From contig NC_068987.1 of assembly GCF_001194135.2 (NCBI RefSeq), forward strand, positions 31,551,891 to 31,594,188: 42,298 nt of DNA, written 5' to 3'. Below the pieces are notes generated by a model. It saw only the letters and a list, made by a program, of their open reading frames with translations, ran no database searches and was not told the origin of the DNA. Below are positions 1-12,031 of this stretch, one piece after another. The translations under genes were made by a program, and so were the position numbers. How positions within the stretch are numbered: the stretch's first letter is position 1; every line of letters starts with the position of its first letter. This DNA is from Octopus bimaculoides (Eukaryota).

Positions 1-59
1 GTCATGTACAAACTGACGGTCGTGGAAATTTCCTTGTTTTTGTCACGCCCTCCTTAGCG

Positions 60-120
60 CCGCCTAGCACATGGCGCTCCGGGCGACTGCCCGAGTTGCC
101 GGTACCTTGAGCCGGCCCTG
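60..120. mobile_element. Possible right end of a GC-rich MITE (left end outside window)
   Basis: GC-rich stretch ending in GCCGGCCCTG (111-120), a typical CAGGGCCGGC-type terminus; partner end and TSD not visible. Confidence 0.3.
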
Positions 121-709
121 GTAACAGGTTGTACATGTTTAGCGGGGCTGGTATAAAGTCTCCTTTGGTTTTACTACGGAATCTTGCATACCATTATATA
201 ACATATGTCACGTATTCACTCGTGGAAATAATACAAGAAACAAACTTTTAAAATAACAGCGAGACTTTATTCCTCTGCTAAATTATACAGTGGACCAAAT
301 AAGCAAATCACGGATTCTGCTGGTAGTATAGTTCATCCATCGTTTGGATAATTTAGCTCTGGCCATCGTTGGTTACATGTGCTTCATTATAACGGCAGGA
401 AAAAAAAAACAAGACTCGCTTTCATGAAAATCGCTCACACTTCTGTCATAAATGTTTTGTTAAACCTATATATAGACAGAAGTAGGCTCCAGTTCAGATT
501 CAGGTTAGTTATTTGAGAATGTATTACGCACAACGTGATTGGATCCTCGATCCATATCCCGCACAATACTCGACCAATCAAAGCACAGGACTCAACCAAT
601 GTTCCATACTCACATGATAGGCAAGACGAATAACCAATACAGAATAACATGGTGAACCTATAGGAGGCTAGTTGACTCCAGTATGCCATAATAGAAAGTT
701 GTCTCGTTA

Positions 710-759
710 CACATACATACATACATACATACATACATACATACATACATACATACATA
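710..759. repeat. (CATA)n microsatellite
   Basis: direct reading. Confidence 0.95.
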
Positions 760-914
760 AAACAAAACATACAAATCTGTACATATACATACATACAAAA
801 ATACCTTGTTGGCATCGTTGAAATTCCAATGAAGGAGCCTTGGATCTAGATTAGAAATCAACTCTTTTTCTAATGGCAAGTAATCTTGAAATAAAACCGA
901 ATAATGTCTTACTT

Positions 915-1560
915 ACAAGTGTTGTACCGAAAGTCATGCAAAAGCGGGCATAATCCTCTTATTAATTGGCATAGATCTTTCAAATTGCGCATCTCGATAG
1001 AATAACTCTTTCTCAATAATAACTTTTGTCCTTGTTCCTCTGCATTGCAAACAAATACTGGGTTCCAAGCAGAAGTACCAAGCCGTCACTGAATTCTCGA
1101 CGAAGAAAGTATGCAGACTGTCATGACACCATTGACAAGAGCGATGCGCACAGATGGATAAAGAAATGTAAAGAAGGGGAAACTAGTATTAAAGACAAAC
1201 CATGCAGTGGGAGATCACAGCTGAGACCAATGGCACGAATCGCCAGTGAACTGATTCACGAGGATAGATAAGTCACAACTGTGATGTGGAAAACTTTGGG
1301 TACAGGAAGTATGTACCTTGATTTGAAAGGAGAGAAGGATGGAAGATTGCGTTGATCTTTGAAGTCAGTGAAGATAAGTTTTTCCCCCGATTTGGTGAGA
1401 GGTGATGATATGTGACCATATCTTTATGATCCAGAAACGAAGATTTAATCCATGGAATGGTGTCACACTTTTTCTCTAAGGCCTAAGAATTTCAGAAACC
1501 GGCGATTGGCACAGAAAGTCATGGTAATTGTTTTGTGACAATAACACGGGCGTCATACAA
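915..1560 (+). mobile_element. Decayed mariner transposase remnant
   Basis: Broken frames give WIKKCKEGETSIKDKPCSGR (HTH/GRP linker) and GDDM*PYLYDPETK...SMEWCH...QKVMV (first catalytic D region); many stops and deletions. Confidence 0.7.
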
Positions 1561-1669
1561 TACCCGTCGCTAAGTGGGTGCATTGGATGGCACTACCCCA
1601 TCACTATTCAATGGTGCACCCTCATATTTTCGGCGATACATTTATTTCGAAACTCCATTCTAGCATTAT

Positions 1670-2963
1670 TATTGGGTTGTCCGGAAAGCTCGTGCCGATT
1701 TATAGTAGCTTACCTTTCGATTTATTTTAGAACAAGGTTGAGTCCATAAAATAGGATTTGACTACACCTCCATTTAGAGCACAGTGAAAGAAGGTTTATG
1801 TTCCTACAACCTGTGTTAATTCTTTACCCTTTAAAATAGAAGATAAGAAAGTTCATTTTCAGCACTGGATGCTTTTCTTTTTCTGTAAAGGGAAAAATGC
1901 CTCACAAGCAACCAAAGAAATATGCGCAGTTTACAGTGATGTTTCTTTATCCAAAAGAACTGTACGGAAGTGGTTCGCAAAGTTCCGAGCTGGAGATTGT
2001 AGTCTTATTGATAAAGAGCGATCAGGCAGACCATCCACTACAGATGATGACCAAATCAAGTTATTAATTGAGAATAACCCACATTGCACAACCCAAGAAT
2101 TGGCAGAAAGCCTCAACCTATCAAAATCCGTCGTTCATGAGCATCTGGTAAAGCTTGGGTACACAAATCGCTACGATGTTTGGGTACCACATGAGTTGAT
2201 TGAGAAGAACCTTTTGGATCACATTTCCATNNNNNNNNNNNNNNNNNNNNNNNNNNNNNNNNNNNNNNNNNNNNNNNNNNNNNNNNNNNNNNNNNNNNNN
2301 NNNNNNNNNNNNNNNNNNNNNNNNNNNNNNNNNNNNNNNNNNNNNNNNNNNNNNNNNNNNNNNNNNNNNNNNNNNNNNNNNNNNNNNNNNNNNNNNNNNN
2401 NNNNNNNNNNNNNNNNNNNNNNNNNNNNNNNNNNNNNNNNNNNNNNNNNNNNNNNNNNNNNNNNNNNNNNNNNNNNNNNNNNNNNNNNNNNNNNNNNNNN
2501 NNNNNNNNNNNNNNNNNNNNNNNNNNNNNNNNNNNNNNNNNNNNNNNNNNNNNNNNNNNNNNNNNNNNNNNNNNNNNNNNNNNNNNNNNNNNNNNNNNNN
2601 NNNNNNNNNNNNNNNNNNNNNNNNNNNNNNNNNNNNNNNNNNNNNNNNNNNNNNNNNNNNNNNNNNNNNNNNNGTGGGATTGGAAAGGAATTCTGTACTA
2701 TGAGCTTCTCCCAAATAACCAGACGATTAATTCTGAGAAATATTGCACACAACTGGACGAGTTAAAAGCAGCAATTCAAGAGAAACGTCCGGAATTGGCC
2801 AACAGGAAGGGTGTTGTTTTCCAACATGATAATGCAAGACCGCACGTTTCTTTGGGAATCAGACAAAAATTGCTGCAGCTCGGCTGGGACTGTGTTACCC
2901 CACCCTCCATACTCACCAGATATTGCTCCTTCAGATTTCCACTTATTCAGGTCTCTGCAGAAT
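1670..2963 (+). pseudogene. Mariner (DD34D) transposase pseudogene, left TIR present, 3' truncated, spans gap 2231-2673
   Basis: TA+TTGGGTTGTCCGGAAAG TIR at 1670; start codon appears mutated to ATA (1836); WVPHEL motif; FQHDNARPH...YSPDIAPSD with 34 residues between the Asps after correcting a +1 frameshift near 2892. Confidence 0.92.
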
Positions 2964-3016
2964 GAGAACCCACCTGATGAAGGCTGGAGGATATATCAGC
3001 CGAAACGTTGCGTTAA
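2964..3016 (+). ncRNA. Minimal type I hammerhead ribozyme motif
   Basis: CTGATGA 2974-2980, extra A, stem II GGCTG/CAGCC (2982-86/2997-3001), GAAA 3002-05, palindromic ACGT stem III, GUU triplet; stem I weak in this copy. Confidence 0.6.
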
Positions 3017-3068
3017 CAACAAACAAGATGAGGACAAATATCCGTTGAATGTAAATAATGTAAATAAT
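2964..3068 (+). mobile_element. Penelope-like element 3' terminal fragment
   Basis: Hammerhead-type core followed by a short tandem tail (AATGTAAAT)2; abuts the truncated mariner. Confidence 0.55.
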
Positions 3069-3420
3069 GCACCTTAAAGAGTGTTAGTCGAAGAAATCGA
3101 CCCCAGGACTTATTCTATCGGTCTCTTTTGCCGAACAGCTAAGTTACAGGTTCGCAAACACGTTGGTTGTGAAGTGATGGTGGGGGAGGACAAACCCAGA
3201 CACAAAGACACACAAACATACACACCCACACCCAGACATATATGCATATTTATATATACGACGGGCTTCTTTCAGTTTCCGTCTACCAAATCCACTCACA
3301 ACGTTTTGGTCGGCCCGAGGCTATATGTAGCAGAAGATACTTGCCCAAGGTGCCCCGCAGTGAGACTGAACCCGGAGCCATGGGGTTGGGAAGCAAGCTT
3401 CTTATCACACAGCCACGCCT
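3069..3420 (-). mobile_element. tRNA-derived SINE, family C (CORE-like, internal microsatellite)
   Basis: Reverse-complement match to copies at 20574-21030 and 36655-37010. Confidence 0.85.
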
Positions 3421-4384
3421 ATATATGTAATATGCGTGCGTGCGCATATGTGTGCCATGCGAATGACATTCTCTTACATATCTCTGCGCTCAAACTTTAA
3501 CCTCTTTCTTTCTTTATCGTTAATTAACCTTTCATAAGGTATATNNNNNNNNNNNNNNNNNNNNNNNNNNNNNNNNNNNNNNNNNNNNNNNNNNNNNNNN
3601 NNNNNNNNNNNNNNNNNNNNNNNNNNNNNNNNNNNNNNNNNNNNNNNNNNNNNNNNNNNNNNNNNNNNNNNNNNNNNNNNNNNNNNNNNNNNNNNNNNNN
3701 NNNNNNNNNNNNNNNNNNNNNNNNNNNNNNNNNNNNNNNNNNNNNNNNNNNNNNNNNNNNNNNNNNNNNNNNNNNNNNNNNNNNNNNNNNNNNNNNNNNN
3801 NNNNNNNNNNNNNNNNNNNNNNNNNNNNNNNNNNNNNNNNNNNNNNNNNNNNNNNNNNNNNNNNNNNNNNNNNNNNNNNNNNNNNNNNNNNNNNNNNNNN
3901 NNNNNNNNNNNNNNNNNNNNNNNNNNNNNNNNNNNNNNNNNNNNNNNNNNNNNNNNNNNNNNNNNNNNNNNNNNNNNNNNNNNNNNNNNNNNNNNNNNNN
4001 NNNNNNNNNNNNNNNNNNNNNNNNNNNNNNNNNNNNNNNNNNNNNNNNNNNNNNNNNNNNNNNNNNNNNNNNNNNNNNNNNNNNNNNNNNNNNNNNNNNN
4101 NNNNNNNNNNNNNNNNNNNNNNNNNNNNNNNNNNNNNNNNNNNNNNNNNNNNNNNNNNNNNNNNNNNNNNNNNNNNNNNNNNNNNNNNNNNNNNNNNNNN
4201 NNNNNNNNNNNNNNNNNNNNNNNNNNNNNNNNNNNNNNNNNNNNNNNNNNNNNNNNNNNNNNNNNNNNNNNNNNNNNNNNNNNNNNNNNNNNNNNNNNNN
4301 NNNNNNNNNNNNNNNNNNNNNNNNNNNNNNNNNNNNNNNNNNNNNNNNNNNNNNNNNNNNNNNNNNNNNNNNNNNNNNNNNNNN

Positions 4385-4455
<71 letters not shown>
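4385..4455. repeat. (CT)n microsatellite at gap edge
   Basis: direct reading. Confidence 0.95.
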
Positions 4456-4458
<3 letters not shown>

Positions 4459-4526
4459 CATGTTTTTCTTTATATACATGAGAAGAGAGAAGTGTTTATG
4501 TCACTCGTGTTCAATTTATGTTGTAA

Positions 4527-4557
<31 letters not shown>

Positions 4558-4684
4558 TTATCTCCCTATCTTCCCTCTCTCTCATTCTCTCTGTATCTGT
4601 TTGAGTATATTCATGCATGCGCGTGCGTGCGTTTGCCTCTGGTACTAGAAACTACTGATCACCAAAACAGATTCAATATCCACA

Positions 4685-4739
4685 GCCGTGCCACATAGCC
4701 GTGCCACATAGCCGTGCCACATAGCCGTGCCACATAGCC
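4685..4739. repeat. 13-bp minisatellite (GCCGTGCCACATA)x4
   Basis: four perfect units plus a partial unit. Confidence 0.95.
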
Positions 4740-5405
4740 CGCGTCTAAACAGCCACGCCCAACCGTCTTATTTTGTTCTTAGTCATAGATTGGCGGAACT
4801 GTAAGAACGTCGGATCAACTGAGATAATTGTTCCTGTTCTGTGCGCTCTGAGTTCAAATCCGGGCATTTAACTAGGTGGGTGGTGGATTTAATCCATCAC
4901 CTGACTTAACACTACCACATGTCGCTTTGGGCACCTCAAACAAAGTCCAGTTAGTTGCAATCATTTGAACCTGGACTTTGGTTTGGCGATAGCTTCCTCT
5001 TCATATCGGGGCCCTGTAAAGTGTTAAGGACACTGACTACTACCCTCCCGACTAAAAAAATAAGGGATAGAATATGCAAAATGTGCAAGCGTGAGGCTGC
5101 AATTGTTAGTCCTAATGTATTGGTTTGATGGTGTATTTCTTGTTGAAATAAAGTCACCTGCTCTGGAATGGAATGGAATGGTGCCAAGAGAAACTCAAAT
5201 ATAATTATTTATTCCTTTAATTAAAGTTGAAGGATTAAGATTACAGAATTTTAACTTGAGCATAATTGCTTTTGATTCGCAAACATGAAATATCATCCAG
5301 TCCCTCACACTTTACATGCAGATGCAAATTAACACATTTAAACTCATAGCATTTAAACACATGCACGCACACACACACACACATACACATACACACATAC
5401 ATACA

Positions 5406-5686
5406 TTGTTGTTGGCACTCCGTCGGTTACGACGTCGTGGGTTCCAGTTGATCCGATCAACGGAACAGCCTGCTCGTGAAATTAACGTGCAAGTGGCTGA
5501 GCACTCCACAGACACATGTACCCTTAACGTAGTTCTCGGGGATATTCAGCGTGACACAGTGTGACAAGGCTGACCCTTTGAATTACAGGCACAACAGAAA
5601 CAGGAAGTAAGAGTGAGAAAAAGTTGAGGTGAAAGAGTGGAGCTTTAGGTGTTTTCGCTCAATAAACACTCACAGCACCCGGTCTG
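5406..5686 (-). mobile_element. SINE family B, 3' part (head lost in gap)
   Basis: Reverse complement of the 9467-10234 copies. Confidence 0.9.
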
Positions 5687-5786
5687 NNNNNNNNNNNNNN
5701 NNNNNNNNNNNNNNNNNNNNNNNNNNNNNNNNNNNNNNNNNNNNNNNNNNNNNNNNNNNNNNNNNNNNNNNNNNNNNNNNNNNNNN

Positions 5787-5995
5787 CTCCACAATGAAAG
5801 TAATATATGGTTCTTAAAAGAACAAGGTCTCAGCTATAAGATTTACTGGAAGATCTTGGCCAAGCATGAACCTTATACCAACGGTAGTGGTGAGTGCGGT
5901 CTTTGTGATATGGAAAGATGGTTCGTCTGGAAAAGTTCCTTGGACCCCGTTACATGTTTAAATTGAAGACCTGAACTTTCTGGATGGTGTCCACA
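5787..5995 (+). mobile_element. Penelope-like GIY-YIG endonuclease C-terminal fragment
   Basis: NIWFLKEQGLSYKIYWKILAKHEPYTNGSGECGLCDMER...LN*RPELSGWCPH matches the PLE CxLC...ExK...LNxRxE...CxH pattern. Confidence 0.8.
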
Positions 5996-6355
5996 TATGA
6001 CAAAATACCTGTTACAGTTTTGCTCCCACTCCTACGATCACGGATAGAATCTGTATTTTTACTATGCTCCTGTACAAGCTTTCCATGTGTCTTAACATTT
6101 TTTATTATTTTCTATATATTTTCATATTTTCCTTTTAATTGTGTGATTGCGTACGTGTATGAGTATATGTATATGTATGTATATACTAAATGTATATGTG
6201 TGTGCGTGTGTATATATGTGTACGCGTATATGTAAGTATATGAGTGTAGGACTGTGTCCATTGCATAAGTGCGACTTCCATGCACACGTCTCCTTTAATA
6301 CTTATATGTATATGGATATGCTTGTATATCTCCGGTTGTAGGTGTGTGATAAGAG

Positions 6356-6386
<31 letters not shown>

Positions 6387-6924
6387 NNNNNNNNNNNNNN
6401 NNNNNNNNNNNNNNNNNNNNNNNNNNNNNNNNNNNNNNNNNNNNNNNNNNNNNNNNNNNNNNNNNNNNNNNNNNNNNNNNNNNNNNNNNNNNNNNNNNNN
6501 NNNNNNNNNNNNNNNNNNNNNNNNNNNNNNNNNNNNNNNNNNNNNNNNNNNNNNNNNNNNNNNNNNNNNNNNNNNNNNNNNNNNNNNNNNNNNNNNNNNN
6601 NNNNNNNNNNNNNNNNNNNNNNNNNNNNNNNNNNNNNNNNNNNNNNNNNNNNNNNNNNNNNNNNNNNNNNNNNNNNNNNNNNNNNNNNNNNNNNNNNNNN
6701 NNNNNNNNNNNNNNNNNNNNNNNNNNNNNNNNNNNNNNNNNNNNNNNNNNNNNNNNNNNNNNNNNNNNNNNNNNNNNNNNNNNNNNNNNNNNNNNNNNNN
6801 NNNNNNNNNNNNNNNNNNNNNNNNNNNNNNNNNNNNNNNNNNNNNNNNNNNNNNNNNNNNNNNNNNNNNNNNNNNNNNNNNNNNNNNNNNNNNNAGTTAC
6901 TTCCCTTTTATTCAAGGGGTTTTA

Positions 6925-6999
6925 TTGTCATAATAGCCGATGAGAATGCATCGTAGCTTTTAGCTCAGGCATTTAATATTCTAAGTTTTATTATGACAA
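6925..6999 (+). ncRNA. Degenerate (fossil) type I hammerhead fold
   Basis: Stem I TTGTCATAATAG/TTATTATGACAA (11 WC + 1 GU); CCGATGA at 6937; stem II GAATGC/GCTTTT; stem III CTCAG/CTAAG; GUU at 6985-87; GAAA box destroyed. Confidence 0.45.
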
Positions 7000-7308
7000 C
7001 TTACTGATTGTCCTCATTCTGTCCACGTTTCTTTTTTTTGTCCTGTGCCCATATATGCATGTATATATACATATATATGTAGATATGTACATGTATGTAT
7101 GTATATATGCATATATTTATATATTATTTATATTATTATTATATGATCGAACGCCACGCATCCTTTTCCAAGTAAGTTTTGTCTTAATAATTACGATGCG
7201 CACTCTTATTCTGTCTCTTTTCTGTCTATCTTCCTCTCTTGTTCTTCTTCCTTTCTGTTTTTCTCTCCCATCCTTTCCCTATTCGTCTCCTCTCCCCTTC
7301 ACCGTTCC

Positions 7309-7346
<38 letters not shown>

Positions 7347-7604
7347 TCCTCCTCGTTGATCACACGTGACTAACGGCCATTCACTCTTTCTTCCACTTCC
7401 TTCCTAAAGACAAGACGTGCTTTTATCTGTCTCTTCTCAAAGCTCGTTTTTCCAGCGTTCATAACTTCACATCGTCTTGGTTAAACAGCCCTCACCGTTT
7501 CTTTGTACTGTTTTGTTCTCACTGTCCTGTTCTTGTTAACACTTTCACCCTCCGCAAAAAATCCCAAATTTTATTTAATTTGCTTTGCGGGAAGGACTGT
7601 TTTA

Positions 7605-7805
7605 ATGAAGTCGAGTCTTGTCCTTACCTTCGAAACGCAGAGTAGATAAAACAGATAAACAACTGATGAAGGGAATGCTCTTTATGTTGCATGTCTCGTT
7701 TCTCTGTTTGTTTATTCGTTGTTCGAAAAAAGTTCGTTTTCTATGTTTTTGTTTTTTATTTTCTCGTTTCTCATTCTGTCCACGTTTTTTTATGTCCTGT
7801 ACCCA
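7605..7805 (+). repeat. Interspersed repeat related to 6896-7050 (+) and 36205-36350 (-)
   Basis: Shared (C)TGATGA..GAATG box and CTCATTCTGTCCACGTTT motif. Confidence 0.6.
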
Positions 7806-8778
7806 TATATACATGTATATATACATATATATGTATGTATGTACATATATGTATGTATATATGCACGTGCACACATAGACACACACAGACACACACACAT
7901 ATCACTTACTATACACAGAATTCAAATTCGAGCTACTATTAGTTTCATGCCGTGAAAACACAATAATCTGACAAGCAAGTATAGCAGGCTATGTGTTTCC
8001 AAGCAATTGTTTAGACTCAAATATACAACATACCTGCTTTTCTCCTTGAAAAAAAAAAAGAAAATCAAGAAAGACGTTGGTCTTTGAGAAAACACAGGGG
8101 GAAGACCAAAGAAAAAAGTGTAATGAGAAAAAGGAAAACTGAATCCGGAGAGAATGGTACGTTCCAGTTCAAAAAAAGAAATTTGCCCAGATGCTTACAT
8201 TTAATAAAATCTCCATTTCTGGAATTTACTAGGTCAGTTGAGTTTTTAGATCTAAAAAGAATATGAGATATTTTTACTGAACAAAGCCTGCATATCTTTG
8301 ATCCATTACCTTATGGTGTGAATCGTTCCAAGAGGCTCCACTTAATGGCTTTCTTCTTATCTACGTGTCAGAAAGGATACTGGTGGTTAGCGTATCTTTG
8401 TTTTAAAGTCACTGTCGCATGTATCAATGAACTTTTTTTTTTTTTTTTGATATTCGTTATTTTGACGTACGTACTGCGGTGATTTCATCTCTACAAACCA
8501 CCGGGCTAATCATGCATGCCTGATCGAGTGGGCAAGTTTCTTGGTCTCGACAGTCTACGGTTTGTTAGAACAAGACCATACTGCGGTAGATTCCATGAGA
8601 GAGACTCTCATATTGGCTTTCTGGTGCAAAATTTATATCGCTAGCGGGGAGATAAATCCCTGCCATTTCCAGCCCCGAGGTTTCTTTTTATTGTTGTTTA
8701 TAAAAAAATGTACAACAGGAAGAGGTACCTATGTTTGCGAATTTCAAATGCTTCTCTTGGTGTGTGTATGTTGTTTCG

Positions 8779-8779
8779 G

Positions 8780-8817
<38 letters not shown>

Positions 8818-8949
8818 TTTGTTGTTGTTGTTGTTGTTGTTTAGTTCAAGTGCAACCTGATTAAGTAGATTTCACTTGGAGAGTGTCTGTTACCTTTTAT
8901 ATATTGTAAAAACACTTATCTTTACATATGTGTATGTGTGTGCGTGTGT

Positions 8950-9000
<51 letters not shown>

Positions 9001-9071
9001 GTGTGTGTGTGTGTGTGTGTGTGTGTGCTTGTACGTATATTAAAATGTACATGTGTCTCTATGTGTGTGAC

Positions 9072-9120
<49 letters not shown>
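8779..9120. repeat. Compound (GT)n/(GTT)n/(GA)n microsatellite cluster
   Basis: direct reading. Confidence 0.95.
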
Positions 9121-9121
<1 letters not shown>

Positions 9122-9466
9122 TGTTCTGTCTGCGTGCGTGTGTGCTAGTCTAATCTACAGGTATTGTTTTGGTGTTTATACTTTAACAAAAAGGTCTGGC
9201 CTTTAGGTAAGCCCCACATATAGATAAAAAAAAAAGAAAAGAAAAAAAACAATCCGAACCACACATCTATAAATAATCTATTGTACCTTGAATTAGTTCC
9301 GCTCCTTTAATACCACAACCATTACAACCACCGTCTAAGTGCCCATGTGATCTATTCACACTGTGAAGGGAACCTTTACATCGTTTGCTCACAATAGATA
9401 TGACTAATATGGTACCCACCAAAAGCGAAATAGAAATATTTTTTGTTGCCTCTAATTATTTATAAG

Positions 9467-10234
9467 GTGGAGGCGCAATGGCCCAGTGGTTAGGGCAGCG
9501 GACTCGCGGTCATAGGATCGCAGTTTCGATTCCCAGACCGAGCGTTGTGAGTGTTTATTGAGCGAAAACACCTAAAAGCTCCACGAGGCTCTGGCTGGGG
9601 ATGGTGGCGAACCCTGCTGTACTCTTTCACCACAACTTTCTCTCACTCTTTCTTCCTGTTTCTGTTGTGCCTGTAATTCAAAGGGCCAGCCTTGTCACAC
9701 TCTGTGTCACGCTGAATATCCCCGAGAACTATGTTAAGGGTACACGTGTCTGTGGAGTGCTCAGTCACATGCACGTTAATTTCACGAGCAGGCTGTTCCG
9801 TTGATCGGATCAACTGGAACACTCGACGTCGTAAGCGACGGAGNNNNNNNNNNCGCAATGGCCCAGTGGTTAGGGCAGCGGACTCGCGGTCATAGGATCG
9901 CAGTTTCGATTCCCAGACCGAGCGTTGTGAGTGTTTATTGAGCGAAAACACCTAAAAGCTCCACGAGGCTCTGGCTGGGGATGGTGGCGAACCCTGCTGT
10001 ACTCTTTCACCACAACTTTCTCTCACTCTTTCTTCCTGTTTCTGTTGTGCCTGTAATTCAAAGGGCCAGCCTTGTCACACTCTGTGTCACGCTGAATATC
10101 CCCGAGAACTATGTTAAGGGTACACGTGTCTGTGGAGTGCTCAGTCACATGCACGTTAATTTCACGAGCAGGCTGTTCCGTTGATCGGATCAACTGGAAC
10201 ACTCGACGTCGTAAGCGACGGAGTGCCAACAACA
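9467..10234 (+). mobile_element. tRNA-derived SINE family B, shown as two identical tandem copies across a 10-N gap
   Basis: A box TGGCCCAGTGG (9479), B box GTTTCGATTCC (9523); one 9-bp TSD ATTTATAAG (9458-66 / 10235-43) flanks the pair. Confidence 0.9.
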
Positions 10235-10589
10235 ATTTATAAGAGAAGCAACATACCTAAGGTAGAGGGATTTAAGAAAAAAAAAAGCATTCGCCTTTTC
10301 TTGTCTTGTTCTTAATTGCTTTGAATTTCTTTTAGCTTCTCTTAACTTCCCTTTATTCACTTACAGTTTTCCACCCTCCTTTACTTTCCAACCACTCCTA
10401 CTGCCGGTGTTACCCTATAACCATGTTGCCTCCGATACACCAGCATATTGTAGCTAAAAATTCTTTGGAAATAGAAAAAAATTATAATAAATAACAGCGA
10501 GTTTTCTTATGGGTTTGTTTCGATAATTTTGAGTCTTCTCCAGAGAAAATACACCCTTTATTTCTCACTTCTCAAAATAAAATGTATGA

Positions 10590-11170
10590 GAAGAGATGTG
10601 TTTGAGATGAGATGTTTGAGGGCCATGGTTGGTGTGACACGGATGGACAGGATGAGGAATGAGGAGGTGCGAAGACGAGCAGGAATGAGAGGAAGTCTAA
10701 CAAACAGAATGGATAGGCGAATGTTCTGGTGGTTTGGCCACATGGAGAGGATGGATGAGGAGCGAATGGTAAGGAGGGTGATGAAGGCAGAAGTGGTAGG
10801 CAGCAGAACCTGTGGATGGATGGAGTGAGGAAAGCTTTGATGGTTAGAGGTATTGGAGTGAGAGAGGTTAGAGGTATTGGAGTGAGAGAGGTAAGAGAGT
10901 TTATTAATGATAGGAAAGCTTGGAGAGTGTTTGCGGGGGCATGGGTGAATTTGATGTTGCTCAAAGGGGTACGGAACCAGCATGAATCGGCAGGGGTAAA
11001 CCAGCATATGCTGTCGGGCCCCGCTGCTGATATCGGGGGTTGCATTCTATGCCTTGGCCCGAACGTAGGACGAAGCTCGCCTCTTTGGGCTGGGAAATGA
11101 ATGAAATGCCTGATGTGTGCCTTGTCGTGGTTACCCCCTCCTAAAACAACGGGAAATAGGCTTGGGAATA
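10590..11170 (+). mobile_element. RTE-clade LINE 3' fragment (post-RT coding plus 3' UTR)
   Basis: FEMRCLRAMVGVTRMDRMRNEEVRRR...WFGHMERMDEERMVRRVM; 24-bp tandem duplication at 10842-10889. Confidence 0.85.
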
Positions 11171-11685
11171 TATATATATATANNNNNNNNNNNNNNNNNN
11201 NNNNNNNNNNNNNNNNNNNNNNNNNNNNNNNNNNNNNNNNNNNNNNNNNNNNNNNNNNNNNNNNNNNNNNNNNNNNNNNNNNNNNNNNNNNNNNNNNNNN
11301 NNNNNNNNNNNNNNNNNNNNNNNNNNNNNNNNNNNNNNNNNNNNNNNNNNNNNNNNNNNNNNNNNNNNNNNNNNNNNNNNNNNNNNNNNNNNNNNNNNNN
11401 NNNNNNNTATATATATATATATATATGGTGGTGGTGGTGGTAACAATGATGAAGAAGAGAAGAAAAGGGACGATGACAACGTCGACGAAGATCTGCATCC
11501 AAAATAATTTTTCCAAGAATCGCTCAGTAAGGGTCACTTTCCCAGTGCTGTCCCCAGGTTATACAAGATCACGAGACATCACTGACAGTGAATAAGAAAG
11601 AAATGGCTTGTTTAGGTAGAAAGTAAACTCCCCAATAATAACGATCCATGTTCTATTCCCGTTGTATCTCTCTATTCGATTAATA

Positions 11686-12031
11686 GGATCTTTATGGTTT
11701 GACGGCCAGCATTTTTTTATGTAGTATTTTTGGTACCGAAACACTTTCAAACTTCGAATACTTGTATATTTTGTGTTATAGAACAGATGAAAATTTTTGT
11801 ATTCGAAGTTATTTCATGTAAAAAATTGTCGTACTTCGGTAATTAGACGTCAGTGATTGGTTGAAATTACAGAAATACGACAACTTTAACATGAAATAAC
11901 TTATTAAGAAGTAATTTTTGTTAAGAAGGCTAAGAGAAAAAGATGTTTTATATGACACATTCTACCAGTATCCCAAGTTTGAAAGTGTTTCGTTAAGAAA
12001 ACAAGTGTTGGCCGTCAAACCATAAGGATCC
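11686..12031. mobile_element. MITE with GG-initiated TIRs and 8-bp TSD
   Basis: TIR GGATCTTTATGGTTTGACGGCCAGCA matches the other end at 24/26; inverted similarity extends about 75 bp; TSD GATTAATA (11678-85 / 12032-39). Confidence 0.9.

Noticed and set aside
1869-2963. Active mariner transposase
   Set aside because: Start codon apparently mutated, frameshift near 2892, and C-terminus and right TIR missing
4685-4739. CRISPR-like array
   Set aside because: Units are contiguous with no spacers; eukaryotic context
4951-5187. 78-aa minus-strand ORF
   Set aside because: No recognisable motif or convincing splice signals
9472-9545. tRNA genes at SINE heads
   Set aside because: A/B boxes are present but there is no complete cloverleaf, and they continue into SINE bodies
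9854-10234. Tandem SINE dimer as a biological duplication
   Set aside because: The copies look identical, are joined by a 10-N gap and share one TSD pair; most likely a scaffolding overlap artefact
11480-11615. Minus-strand exon after a strong-looking acceptor near 11589
   Set aside because: All three frames hit stops within a few codons
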